Positions 27,170-36,325 of a stretch of 64,000 nucleotides of DNA are shown here, in pieces. Origin of the DNA: Elusimicrobiota bacterium (lineage in GTDB: Bacteria; Elusimicrobiota; Endomicrobiia; Endomicrobiales; JBDRNC01); assembly GCA_043811535.1 (NCBI GenBank), contig JBDRNC010000017.1, forward strand, positions 32,001 to 96,000, written 5' to 3'. Under the pieces are notes generated by a model, which worked only from the letters and a program-made list of their open reading frames with translations, was not told the origin of the DNA and made no database searches. A program made the translations under genes and the position numbers. Positions within the stretch are counted from its first letter, which is position 1. Every line of letters starts with the position of its first letter.

Positions 27170-27631
27170 TCATTTAATCAATTTCTTCAGAGTGTCCCAC
27201 CGTGGATCCGTTTGCTCGGTGGAGCAGCAGCATGCATCGCTATTCGCGTTATTCAGGTTCTTGCCGCACTGCGGGCATAAACCCTTGCATTCCTCGACGC
27301 ATAGAGGCTTTAGCGGCGTATTGAGTATCATAATCTGCCGGATTTCGTCCTCTAAATTGATTTCTTCGAGATTCGAGGAGTATACCTGCTGTATTTGGAC
27401 ATCAACTGGAAAGGCAAAGGTTGTCAGACACCGGCAGCATTCCAGTATGAGAGAGCCCCTTATTCCGCCGGTCAGCAAAATATTCCCTTCAACCGGCTTC
27501 AACGTAAATACAACACCAAGTTCCTGCTCGATTACACTGTCAGATATCTCCGGACAAGTGTATTTATCGACTGATTTGTTTATTTCGCCGAGCTCGATGA
27601 TCTCGCTCGTTTTAAATGTCAAGTTTTTCAT
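27170..27631 (-). CDS. yceD: DUF177/YceD family protein
   Basis: CCRCL, PLCVEECKGLCPQCG, DPRWDTLK. Confidence 0.93.
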   Translation of the reverse strand: MKNLTFKTSEIIELGEINKSVDKYTCPEISDSVIEQELGVVFTLKPVEGNILLTGGIRGSLILECCRCLTTFAFPVDVQIQQVYSSNLEEINLEDEIRQIMILNTPLKPLCVEECKGLCPQCGKNLNNANSDACCCSTEQTDPRWDTLKKLIK

Positions 27632-27643
27632 TATATTGTTTAC

Positions 27644-28846
27644 TTATGAATTTGTCAAGACCTTTACTGTTTCTCGGGCTATCATGAGTTCTTCATTTGT
27701 GGGGACTACCATGACCTTGACCCTCATATCCTTGGGTGAAATGATCCCTTCTTCCGCTATTATGCCTTCGTTAGCGGTTTTATCTATAGCGATACCCAGA
27801 TTTTGCATGTTTTCGCAGCATTTTTCGCGTATCGTGGGGGAGTTCTCGCCTATCCCGGCCGTGAAAACAACAGCGTCAGTCCCGTTAAGCGCGCCGAGAT
27901 ACGCCGAAATGTATTTTTTTGCCCTGTAGCAAAAAACTTCCAGAGCCAGTTTTGCCCGTTCCATGCCGCCTGCGGCAGATTTAAGTATCGTCCTCATGTC
28001 CGCGGAAATACCCGATATGCCGAGCAACCCGCTTTTCTTGTTCAAAAGAGTATTCAAATCGTCGGCCGATATTTTTTCATAACTGAGAAGGTGGATTATT
28101 ATAGCCGGGTCAAGGTCGCCGGTCCGCGTTCCCATGACAAGTCCTTCCAGCGGAGTGAAACCCATGGATGTGTCTATCGATTTCCCTTTTTCTATCGCGG
28201 TAATGCTGCACCCGTTTCCGAGATGACAGGTTATCAGGTTCAGTTTTTCTATGGGTTTATTGAGGATTTCCGCGGCCCTCTCCGCGACGTAGTGGTGCGA
28301 GGTGCCGTGGAACCCGTAGCGGCGGATGTTGTACTTCTTGCACAGTGTATAGGGCAGGCCGTACGAGTATGCGTAATCCGGTATCGTCTGATGGTACGCC
28401 GTGTCAAAAACCGCTACTTCCGGTATTCCTTCCATAAGCTCCTGACAGGCTTTCAATCCTTCGTAGTGGTGTGGGTTATGAAGCGGAGCAAGGACAAAAC
28501 AGTTTTTTATATCCTGCATCACCTCATCGTCTACAAGTACGGATTTTGAGAATTTTTCCCCGCCGTGGACTATGCGGTGCCCTATTCCGGAGATATCGTG
28601 TATATCTTTGATAACAGGATGCTCAGCGTCGGTCAAATTTTGAAGGATAAGCTTGATCGCAGCCTGGTGGTTCGGGGCTTTGCACGCTTCCTTGATCTCT
28701 TCCTCACCTGTCACCTGATGCTTGAAATAAGCCTCGGGAAGTCCAATGCATTCCACGATGCCTTTTGCTATGCGTTTTTCGCCTTCAGTTTCGAAAAAGG
28801 TGTATTTTACCGAAGACGAACCTGTGTTCAATACCAATACTTTCAT
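27644..28846 (-). CDS. ackA: Acetate kinase
   Basis: LVLNTGSSSVK, GHRIVHGG, LAPLHNP, YGFHGTSH, HLGNG, TNEEL. Confidence 0.97.
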   Translation of the reverse strand: MKVLVLNTGSSSVKYTFFETEGEKRIAKGIVECIGLPEAYFKHQVTGEEEIKEACKAPNHQAAIKLILQNLTDAEHPVIKDIHDISGIGHRIVHGGEKFSKSVLVDDEVMQDIKNCFVLAPLHNPHHYEGLKACQELMEGIPEVAVFDTAYHQTIPDYAYSYGLPYTLCKKYNIRRYGFHGTSHHYVAERAAEILNKPIEKLNLITCHLGNGCSITAIEKGKSIDTSMGFTPLEGLVMGTRTGDLDPAIIIHLLSYEKISADDLNTLLNKKSGLLGISGISADMRTILKSAAGGMERAKLALEVFCYRAKKYISAYLGALNGTDAVVFTAGIGENSPTIREKCCENMQNLGIAIDKTANEGIIAEEGIISPKDMRVKVMVVPTNEELMIARETVKVLTNS

Positions 28847-28873
28847 TTAATATCCTTTATTAACTTCAAATGC

Positions 28874-28998
28874 TAAACACTAAACTCTAAATACTAAATA
28901 AGCTCAAAATGCTAAAGATAAAACTCAAACACTGCATTTATATTTGATATTTGAATTTGCGATCTTGGAATTATTTGGTATTTAGCTTTTAGTGTTTA
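28874..28998. repeat. Inverted pair of 7-bp arrays (CTAAAYA type)
   Basis: 28874-28901 and 28971-28998 are reverse complements at 25/28. Confidence 0.88.
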
Positions 28999-29013
28999 CA
29001 GTATATTCCTTGT

Positions 29014-29469
29014 TTACTTGTCTATCCAAGCGTCAGGATCGTACTCTATCAGCTCTTGCGATCCGAAAAAATAGCCGATTTCCCTTTTTGCGCTTTCCGG
29101 CGAATCTGACGCGTGAACAAGGTTTTTCCTGTTATCGGTTCCGAACATCTTCCGCAGCGTTCCCGCGGCGGCTTCCTTGGAGTTCGTGGCCCCGATAATT
29201 TTCCTTATGTGGGCTATCGTGCCCTTGCCTTCCCATGCCGTGACTATAATGGGTCCGGAAAGCATGAAATTTATAAACGGCTCAAAAAAATGCTTGCCCT
29301 TATGCATTTCATAGAAACCTTCTATCTGTTCCTTCGAAGGATTGAGCATTTTCATCGCCAGGAGTTTCAGTCCCTCGGACTCCATCCGGCTGATTATTTC
29401 GCCGGCTTTTTTCTTTCCTATCCCGTCAGGTTTTATTATGAGGCAGCTTCTTTCCATTTTAAACACCAT
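29014..29469 (-). CDS. ndk: Nucleoside diphosphate kinase
   Basis: IIKPDG, GTLR, NLVHASDS; alternative start at 29457. Confidence 0.97.
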   Translation of the reverse strand: MVFKMERSCLIIKPDGIGKKKAGEIISRMESEGLKLLAMKMLNPSKEQIEGFYEMHKGKHFFEPFINFMLSGPIIVTAWEGKGTIAHIRKIIGATNSKEAAAGTLRKMFGTDNRKNLVHASDSPESAKREIGYFFGSQELIEYDPDAWIDK

Positions 29470-30524
29470 TATCCTTTCAGTTTTTCTATTATGGCGTCGC
29501 CAATCTGGTTTGTACCGGCATTTCCGCCGAGATCATAAGTAACCTGCTTCTTTTCCTTTATGACGGCGGCGACGGCTTTGTCGAGTTTTTTCGAAGCTTC
29601 TTTTTCGCCGAGATACGAGAGCATCAGCATGCCGGAAAGTATCACGGCGGTCGGATTCACCTTATTCTGCCCCGTGTATTTCGGCGCCGAGCCGTGCACG
29701 GCTTCGAATACGGCGCAGTCGTCACCGAAATTCGCTCCCGGGGCGACTCCGAGCCCGCCGACAAGCCCCGCGCATAGGTCTGAAATAATATCGCCGTAAA
29801 GGTTCGGCAGGACAAGCACGTCGTAAAGCTCCGGTTTCTGGACCAGCTGCATGCACATGTTGTCTATCAGCCGCTCCTCGTATTCAATTTTGCCTTCGTA
29901 TTTTTTTGCTACTTCCCGGGCCGTCTCGAAGAAAAGCCCGTCGGTGAATTTCATGATGTTTGCTTTGGCTACCGCAGTCACTTTTTTCCTGTTATTTTTA
30001 ACCGCGTAATCGAAAGCGAACCTTACGATCCGTTCCGATCCGAATTTTGAGATAGGCTTGATAGAGATCGCCGAACCTTTTCTTATTTTATTTTTTGAAA
30101 GCTCTATTATCTTTCCGGATTCTTCGGTGTCAGCCGCAAACTCCACGCCTGCATAAAGGTCTTCGGTGTTCTCGCGGACGACTACAAGATCGATATTTTC
30201 GTACCTGGATTTTACTCCCTGATAAGTTTTGCACGGCCGAAGGCATGAATACAGGTCAAGTTCCTTGCGGATGGCCACGTTTACGGAACGGAATCCAGTG
30301 CCGATAGGAGTGGTGATAGGGCCCTTTAAGGCGACTTTATTCTTGCGTATGGAAGCAAGCGTCGCTTCGGGGAGCGGCGTGCCGTATTTCCCCATCACAT
30401 CCGAGCCCGCTTCGGCTATTTCCCAGTTTATCTTGACGCCTGTCGCGTCGATTACCTTCCTTGCTGCTTCTACTATCTCCGGGCCTGTGCCGTCACCCGG
30501 GATGAGTGTAACGTTATATGCCAT
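29469..30524 (-). CDS. icd: Isocitrate/isopropylmalate dehydrogenase family, probably isocitrate dehydrogenase
   Basis: [51 protein letters not shown]. Confidence 0.8.
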   Translation of the reverse strand: MAYNVTLIPGDGTGPEIVEAARKVIDATGVKINWEIAEAGSDVMGKYGTPLPEATLASIRKNKVALKGPITTPIGTGFRSVNVAIRKELDLYSCLRPCKTYQGVKSRYENIDLVVVRENTEDLYAGVEFAADTEESGKIIELSKNKIRKGSAISIKPISKFGSERIVRFAFDYAVKNNRKKVTAVAKANIMKFTDGLFFETAREVAKKYEGKIEYEERLIDNMCMQLVQKPELYDVLVLPNLYGDIISDLCAGLVGGLGVAPGANFGDDCAVFEAVHGSAPKYTGQNKVNPTAVILSGMLMLSYLGEKEASKKLDKAVAAVIKEKKQVTYDLGGNAGTNQIGDAIIEKLKG

Positions 30525-30593
30525 ATTTGCTCCCTTTGAATTGCCGGATATAACAACGGGGATAATTGGTTTAGGAACCCGCAGTCGGCTGAT

Positions 30594-30611
30594 TTGTGAA
30601 CAATTTCACAG
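30594..30611. promoter_or_regulatory. Rex operator
   Basis: TTGTGAACAATTTCACAG, one mismatch to consensus, immediately downstream of the -10 box. Confidence 0.78.
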
Positions 30612-30640
30612 ATTTTACTTCAATTTTGGCTTTTTGTCAA
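30612..30640 (-). promoter_or_regulatory. Sigma70 promoter upstream of icd
   Basis: TTGACA (30640-30635), 17-nt spacer, TAAAAT (30617-30612). Confidence 0.82.
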
Positions 30641-30652
30641 TGTTTTTACAGC

Positions 30653-30716
30653 AGTTCAGAGTTCGTAGTCGGTAGTTCGTAGATAAAATATAGGCAAAAC
30701 TCCGAACTACGAACTT
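30653..30716. repeat. Inverted pair of 7-bp arrays overlapping the GT4 stop
   Basis: agttcag agttcgt agtcggt agttcgt ... aactccg aactacg aactt. Confidence 0.85.
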
Positions 30717-31873
30717 ATAATTCCCTTCTGTTTCAACAGGGACATATAAAGCTCTTCCTGCTGTTCAACCATAAAATCGATATCGTACTCGCGGTTAATA
30801 AGGTTTCTGCCGAATTTTCCCATCTGTTTCCTTAAGTTTGCGTCATTCGCCAGTTTCAGCAAGAAACCGGACATAGCGTCGTTGTCATGCGGCTTGACAA
30901 GAAAGCCGCTCTTTCCTTCCGCCACTATTTCTTTAACTCCGTCAACGGCGTTCGCGACTACCGGAAGGCCGGCGCACATCGCTTCAAGCACTGACCTGGG
31001 CAGGCCTTCCCAAAGCGAGGTCATGGCGAAAATATCGGAGACAGCCAGCAGTTCGGGTATATCGCGCCTCCATCCAAGCAGGATGATTTTGGCGGATAAG
31101 TTATAACTGTGTATAAGGAGCTCAATGTGAGGCCTCAATTCGCCGTCGCCGATCATCAGAAAAACCGTGTCGGGTTTTTTCTTAAGGACCATATCCGCAG
31201 TTTTTATGAAGTCGTCAAGATTTTTCTGGGGTTTGAACGGGCCTATAGTAGTTATCACGGTTTCTTCAGATTTTATTCCCAATTTCTTTCTTATGTCTGC
31301 CTTGTCAACATTCAGGTTCCTGTACTTTGAGATTTCTATGCCGCTGCGTATCACCGTGAATTTACCGGGATCCCCGATGCCGTTGGCAAGCGCTTTTTCC
31401 GTGTTTTTGTTCGAAACCACGATCAGTTTATCGGACATTCCGGCGCACATTCTCTCTAGCAGGATGAAAAGCTTTCTGACAGGCCAGATTTGAAGCTCAT
31501 GAAAGCCAAAACCGTGGAAAGTGTGTATTACTACGGGGACGCGGGCAAGCCATGCCGCGATCCTTCCGAGTATCCCCGCCTTGGAAGAGTGCGTGTGCAC
31601 GACCTCGGGCTTTTCTCTGCGCAAAATAAAAAAAAGCATGATAAGGCCCATGGAGTCCGTGGCGGGACAAACGCGCCTTGCGAGCTTTGACGTGAAAAAT
31701 GTCCTGGCCCCGGGAAGTTTTAACGCTTCTTCGTCCAGAATGCCGCCTTTCCCGGATATAAGAACAGGTTCAAATCTCTCCCTGTCAAGGCGGCCCACGG
31801 TGTAGAGAGTGTTCTGTTGCGCGCCTCCCAACTCAAGCTTTGTGATGATATGACAGACTTTTATACGTTTCAT
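30707..31873 (-). CDS. GT4 glycosyltransferase
   Basis: GGAQ, HTHSSKAG, KPQKN, EGLPRSVLEAM. Confidence 0.93.
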   Translation of the reverse strand: MKRIKVCHIITKLELGGAQQNTLYTVGRLDRERFEPVLISGKGGILDEEALKLPGARTFFTSKLARRVCPATDSMGLIMLFFILRREKPEVVHTHSSKAGILGRIAAWLARVPVVIHTFHGFGFHELQIWPVRKLFILLERMCAGMSDKLIVVSNKNTEKALANGIGDPGKFTVIRSGIEISKYRNLNVDKADIRKKLGIKSEETVITTIGPFKPQKNLDDFIKTADMVLKKKPDTVFLMIGDGELRPHIELLIHSYNLSAKIILLGWRRDIPELLAVSDIFAMTSLWEGLPRSVLEAMCAGLPVVANAVDGVKEIVAEGKSGFLVKPHDNDAMSGFLLKLANDANLRKQMGKFGRNLINREYDIDFMVEQQEELYMSLLKQKGIISS

Positions 31874-31877
31874 ATGT

Positions 31878-32043
31878 TGAGTTGGTTGAAAAACCCCTTT
31901 CCGACTGCAATTTCAGTAGTTTGACTGCAACGGCGTTAGCCTCGTCTTACATATACTCCGTCGAGCATATGCTCGCCTCGGCTTCCTTGTTTCGCTCAAA
32001 CTACTGAAATTTCGATGCGAAAAAAGGTTTTTCAATCAACTCA
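31878..32043. mobile_element. MITE-like ~166-bp element with nested inverted repeats
   Basis: Terminal IR tgagttggttgaaaaacc / ggtttttcaatcaactca (17/18); perfect inner 16-bp IR aatttcagtagtttga / tcaaactactgaaatt. Confidence 0.65.
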
Positions 32044-33334
32044 TATTGTTAAACTCTTCAGCCAGCTTCATCCCTTCCCATATGGATTCTTCCATAAAGG
32101 AGTATTTCCAGGCGCCGTAGCGCCCTATTGAGTATATTCCGTTTTGTTTCAGAAAGCCGTGAATCATGTCGGTATATCTGCTGTATTCCTTGTCGTAGAT
32201 CACATAAGCGAATGGTATGGGCATCCATTCCACAATCTCCGGTTTCGCCCCTTCATTAATAAGGCCGGCCTTTACCAGTCCGGCAAGGACTTCCGCGAGC
32301 GTCTTTCTCCTGTCAACGCGTTTTCCAGGCGGTGAGCTTATCTCGATATACATGGAAAACAGTCCCGGCGGCGTCATGCTTTCAAGTATGTTTGAATAAA
32401 TGCCCGATCTGTAAAATACATATTTTTTCCCGGGGTAGTATATCCAGTGTTTTTCGCTTATTTCAATGTCTTTATCCTCGTCTTTGAAGGCCAGATTCAG
32501 GCAGTTTACGGAGTTCCATCTAAGTTTTTTCCGCGCGGCAGATATTTCCGGAGGAAGACCGATTATCTGGTCAAGGAGTTCGGGCAGAGGTTGTGTGGAA
32601 ACGAGACGGTCGTAGCGAAAGATTTGTTTTCTGTCGGTTTCAACTATTCTGTTTTTGATGTCGATTTTCGCGGCGCACGTGCCGGTAATTATTTTGCCGG
32701 CCCTGGAAGAGAGCGAATCCACCAGAGTCTGGATCCCCCCTTTTTCGGGGTAATAGAAGAAGACGTTATATCCGAAGTTCCTGTTAAGGCCGGAAACCGC
32801 ACCCTCCGCAACTTCCTCAATGGAGGGTTGGGGAACGAACGGAGCGACCCATTCCGCCGTCAGGACTTTTGACGATACAGTCCAAAGCTTTTCATTGTAC
32901 GGTTTCATGAAATGCTTAGTTATGCCTTTGCCGAACGTGGAAATAGACCAGTCGTAAAAACTGGAAGACGGGAGACGGGAGACGGGAGACTTCTTTAAAA
33001 AACCTTCGAGGCATTCTTTGCGTATTTTTTCCGGAAGGGCGTACAGGTTGGCCTGGAACGGATAAGGGACATAAGCGCCGTGCGCGCGTATACACGCGTT
33101 CCGTTTTATCTTTGCCAGTTTACCGCCGAGAAGGCCGTTGACGAACTTGAGGGTTTCGTCGTGGTGGAAATGAAGGAAATGCCCGGAGTAATCAAAAGTG
33201 CAGCCGTTTATATTGACCGAGCGGCACAAACCGCCGGGAATATTCTCCTTCTCGATTATTACGTGCGGTTTCTTAAGGCAGCATGCGAATGACAGCCCCG
33301 TTACTCCCGCGCCGATGATTACAGTATCATTCAT
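32036..33334 (-). CDS. FAD-dependent oxidoreductase (protoporphyrinogen oxidase/UDP-galactopyranose mutase-like)
   Basis: IIGAGVTG, GGLCRS, FDYSGH, PYNEKLW, GRYGAWKY; start reassigned to ATG 33334. Confidence 0.88.
   Translation of the reverse strand: MNDTVIIGAGVTGLSFACCLKKPHVIIEKENIPGGLCRSVNINGCTFDYSGHFLHFHHDETLKFVNGLLGGKLAKIKRNACIRAHGAYVPYPFQANLYALPEKIRKECLEGFLKKSPVSRLPSSSFYDWSISTFGKGITKHFMKPYNEKLWTVSSKVLTAEWVAPFVPQPSIEEVAEGAVSGLNRNFGYNVFFYYPEKGGIQTLVDSLSSRAGKIITGTCAAKIDIKNRIVETDRKQIFRYDRLVSTQPLPELLDQIIGLPPEISAARKKLRWNSVNCLNLAFKDEDKDIEISEKHWIYYPGKKYVFYRSGIYSNILESMTPPGLFSMYIEISSPPGKRVDRRKTLAEVLAGLVKAGLINEGAKPEIVEWMPIPFAYVIYDKEYSRYTDMIHGFLKQNGIYSIGRYGAWKYSFMEESIWEGMKLAEEFNNMS
32964..32991. 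repeat. 7-bp array inside the FAD oxidoreductase gene
   Basis: gaagacg ggagacg ggagacg ggagact. Confidence 0.9.
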
Positions 33335-33348
33335 AAAACAGTCTTTGA

Positions 33349-34392
33349 TTAATCGATCTTGGCCTTGCTCAGCTGGTAACTCGCGAATGCGGCAAACAAT
33401 ATGACGCCTGCCAGCAGGATGGAAGACCACAAGAGAGACAAACGGGTGGACAGGAAAGCAGTAATAGAAAGAATGACGCTGATGACGTATGTGACGGTGA
33501 TTATTTTCGGCCTGCTGAATCCGAGTTTTTCCAGCCTCAGCGCAAAATGGTCCTTGCTTCCCATGAAAGGAGACTGCCCTTTTCTCCACCTGAAATACAT
33601 GACAAGAAACGTGTCGTATATGGGTATCGCCAGTATCAAAAGAGGCGAGAAGAGCCCTATGTCGTTAATCTTAGTGTAAGATGTGCCGAGGGCCAGAGAT
33701 GCGAGTATGAAACCTACGGTCATGCTTCCGGTATCGCCCATGAATATCTTCTTTTTCTTCGATAGATTAAACGGGATGAAACCAAGACAGCCGCCTGCGA
33801 GAGCCGCGGCGCAGAAGTTAACGTAAATCGCTTCCGAAGGGAGCGAAATGAACAGGAAAGCGAGACTGGCTATGACGGCTATGCCGCTTGACAGACCGTC
33901 CATTATATCCACTATATTGAAGGCGTTCGTTATGCCTACTACCCAGATAATGCTCAGTATAAAGGCCACCACATACGGCGAAACGAAATGCAGCCTGATG
34001 TCGAAGAAAGTTATCGCGAGCGCCGCGGCGGCCTGTATCATGAATTTTTTCTTGAATCCCAGCCCTTTGGGAAGGACATCGTCGATAAGCCCCAGAAGAA
34101 GGATTATAACGCTGCCGAGAATGACTCCCCTTAGGTTGTGCAGCGTGCCCGTAGGGAAATGCGTGAAGAGCCTGATAAGGAAAAGGCTGATGACCCAAGA
34201 GCTCCATATCGCCATCCCGCCAAGGTACGGGGTAGGTTGATGGTGTGTCTTGATCTTCGAAAGAGGATGGTCGAGTATGTTGAATTTTATCGCGATTTTT
34301 CTGAAAATGGGAGTGAGAACGAGCGAAAAAACAAGCGCCGCGGCAAACACTATGCAGTATAGCTGAATGTAGTTCATGTCCGGAAATTTCAT
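33349..34392 (-). CDS. wecA: Undecaprenyl-phosphate HexNAc-1-phosphate transferase (WecA/TagO family)
   Basis: PTPYLGG, GLIDD, NAFNIVDIMDGL, IFMGDTGS. Confidence 0.88.
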   Translation of the reverse strand: MKFPDMNYIQLYCIVFAAALVFSLVLTPIFRKIAIKFNILDHPLSKIKTHHQPTPYLGGMAIWSSWVISLFLIRLFTHFPTGTLHNLRGVILGSVIILLLGLIDDVLPKGLGFKKKFMIQAAAALAITFFDIRLHFVSPYVVAFILSIIWVVGITNAFNIVDIMDGLSSGIAVIASLAFLFISLPSEAIYVNFCAAALAGGCLGFIPFNLSKKKKIFMGDTGSMTVGFILASLALGTSYTKINDIGLFSPLLILAIPIYDTFLVMYFRWRKGQSPFMGSKDHFALRLEKLGFSRPKIITVTYVISVILSITAFLSTRLSLLWSSILLAGVILFAAFASYQLSKAKID

Positions 34393-34399
34393 AGTTTTC

Positions 34400-36325
34400 T
34401 TATTTTATTCTATAAACTTCACAATAGGCGTCTTTATAAATACCAGTCAGGAATGACCTTTTGAATTTCAGGAAATTCTTCAGGCCGTTTTCCGTAAATT
34501 CTTTCTCAACACCCAGTCTTGCGTACTCGTAATTGTTAATGAGGATATGCGTTACGCCGTTGTCCCGGGCAGTTTTATGTATCTTATCGGAATTTTCTGA
34601 ATTATTGGCCCAGGTGACGAAAGGATTTTTGTCGAAAACCGTCGGTATCACAGAGTCCTTAGCGAAATAGTAGCTTCTGGTCTCGCCGAGGAAGAGCACT
34701 TTTGCCCGGTCCGGCAGATTGTTGACGCATTTATGCGCGGCCGGAAAATAATTCAGTTTCCTGCCAAGGTATTCCTGCCTGCTTTCGCTCCGGAGAACCG
34801 GAGAATACGGGTCAACCTCGGTCATCGTCCAGTGGAAAAACAGCAAATTATGCAAAAGAACAATTGCCAATATCACGTACGCGACATTCCTGACAGGGCG
34901 TTCTGCCGCCGTGCTGACTATCCCGCGCGCCGAAAGCAGGCACAAGAACGGGATTACGGGTATTAGAAATCTCAACACTTTGCCGGAAACCAGCCAGGCT
35001 AATCCGAAAGCCAATGAAAATACAATCAAAACTCTATCTATTTTATCAATTTTTTTGCTCAAAAACAAGAGAGGCAGCAGCAGCAGGAAAACGGGTCCTG
35101 GCATGTCAAACCCCCCGCCGTACCTGAAACCGAAAATGGTAAGATTCCACGGCAGCATTATGAAATCCAGAGGGTTTTTAAGGGGCATGCCGTGCCCGGA
35201 TATGTGGCTGAAGTAGTTTTTCGCGTGTTCGGCTGTCAGAAGGGAGCCGGTAAATATGCCTGTTCCCCACGGCGATACAGGATTATGGACGAATACCCAG
35301 TTCTTTATGAGCCACGGCGCGAAAACTAGCAGGGCCGCGGAAGAGAATAAAACAGCCGGCCTAACTCTTTTAGCGTGAATGCAGGCCAAGACCGCTATTA
35401 TAGCGGCCGGCGCCATGGCCGTGTATTTTATGCCCGCGGCAACCCCGGAGAAAACCCCGGCCGCGGCGATCCATGAGTTATCGCCGGTCTCTCTCCACAG
35501 CATGAAAGCGTAAAACGACATAAAAACGAAAAACGCGAGGCCAAGGTCTACGTAAGTCCCCGCCGCGAGGAACATGACGGCCGGTGAGAACATCCAGGCC
35601 GCCGAAGCGATCAGTGCGGTTTTAACGTCCCAATACCTCCTGGCGAAGCTGAACACGGCCAATCCCGTCAGCGGCAGGAACAGCCAGTGGATTAAATTGG
35701 CAAATATATCGCCGCGCGCGAGCATAGCGGCCTGATAGAGCATCTCCATATTCTGCGGAAAGGAAAAGAAGAAGTTTTCCTTTACGAAATACATTCTTCC
35801 TGCGTCGATATACTTCTGGGGCAGCGCGAGATGGTAAACCAGGGAATCGAATTGCGTTGGCGGGGCGAGAGCTCCGACCAGCGTGCTGAGCAGCGGGAGC
35901 AAGGCGGCGATCGCGAATGACGCGTGGAGTTTTGCCGGTCTGAAACGAAGCACTTTTGCGTACAAGATGAAAAGTGTGAGGCCGGCCGATAACACCGCGA
36001 TAACCGAAAAGTTATTCGCGCACGAAACGGAATTCAACAGCAGGACCGCGGCTGAGATAACGCCTATGCCGGTTCCCGCGGAAAATAACAGGATCTCGGT
36101 TTTTTTCGCCCGCGCATTTCTCCAGAAAAACAGGCCGTATCCGGTGGCCGCGAAAAAGAATATAAGCAGGAACGCGATATCCGCGAATATTTGGCCATGG
36201 ACGGAAACTGACGATACGGACGGCAGGCCGGTTAGCATCCCCCTCGGCGGGAAATAGCTCAAATATTCGATGCTGATAAACGTAAGCCATGCCGCTATCA
36301 GGAGTTTTGATATTCTACCGCTCAT
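34400..36325 (-). CDS. Polytopic GT-C (ArnT/PMT-like) glycosyltransferase
   Basis: Many TM segments, DSLVYHL, GIKYT, PWLIKN...NP. Confidence 0.7.
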   Translation of the reverse strand: MSGRISKLLIAAWLTFISIEYLSYFPPRGMLTGLPSVSSVSVHGQIFADIAFLLIFFFAATGYGLFFWRNARAKKTEILLFSAGTGIGVISAAVLLLNSVSCANNFSVIAVLSAGLTLFILYAKVLRFRPAKLHASFAIAALLPLLSTLVGALAPPTQFDSLVYHLALPQKYIDAGRMYFVKENFFFSFPQNMEMLYQAAMLARGDIFANLIHWLFLPLTGLAVFSFARRYWDVKTALIASAAWMFSPAVMFLAAGTYVDLGLAFFVFMSFYAFMLWRETGDNSWIAAAGVFSGVAAGIKYTAMAPAAIIAVLACIHAKRVRPAVLFSSAALLVFAPWLIKNWVFVHNPVSPWGTGIFTGSLLTAEHAKNYFSHISGHGMPLKNPLDFIMLPWNLTIFGFRYGGGFDMPGPVFLLLLPLLFLSKKIDKIDRVLIVFSLAFGLAWLVSGKVLRFLIPVIPFLCLLSARGIVSTAAERPVRNVAYVILAIVLLHNLLFFHWTMTEVDPYSPVLRSESRQEYLGRKLNYFPAAHKCVNNLPDRAKVLFLGETRSYYFAKDSVIPTVFDKNPFVTWANNSENSDKIHKTARDNGVTHILINNYEYARLGVEKEFTENGLKNFLKFKRSFLTGIYKDAYCEVYRIK

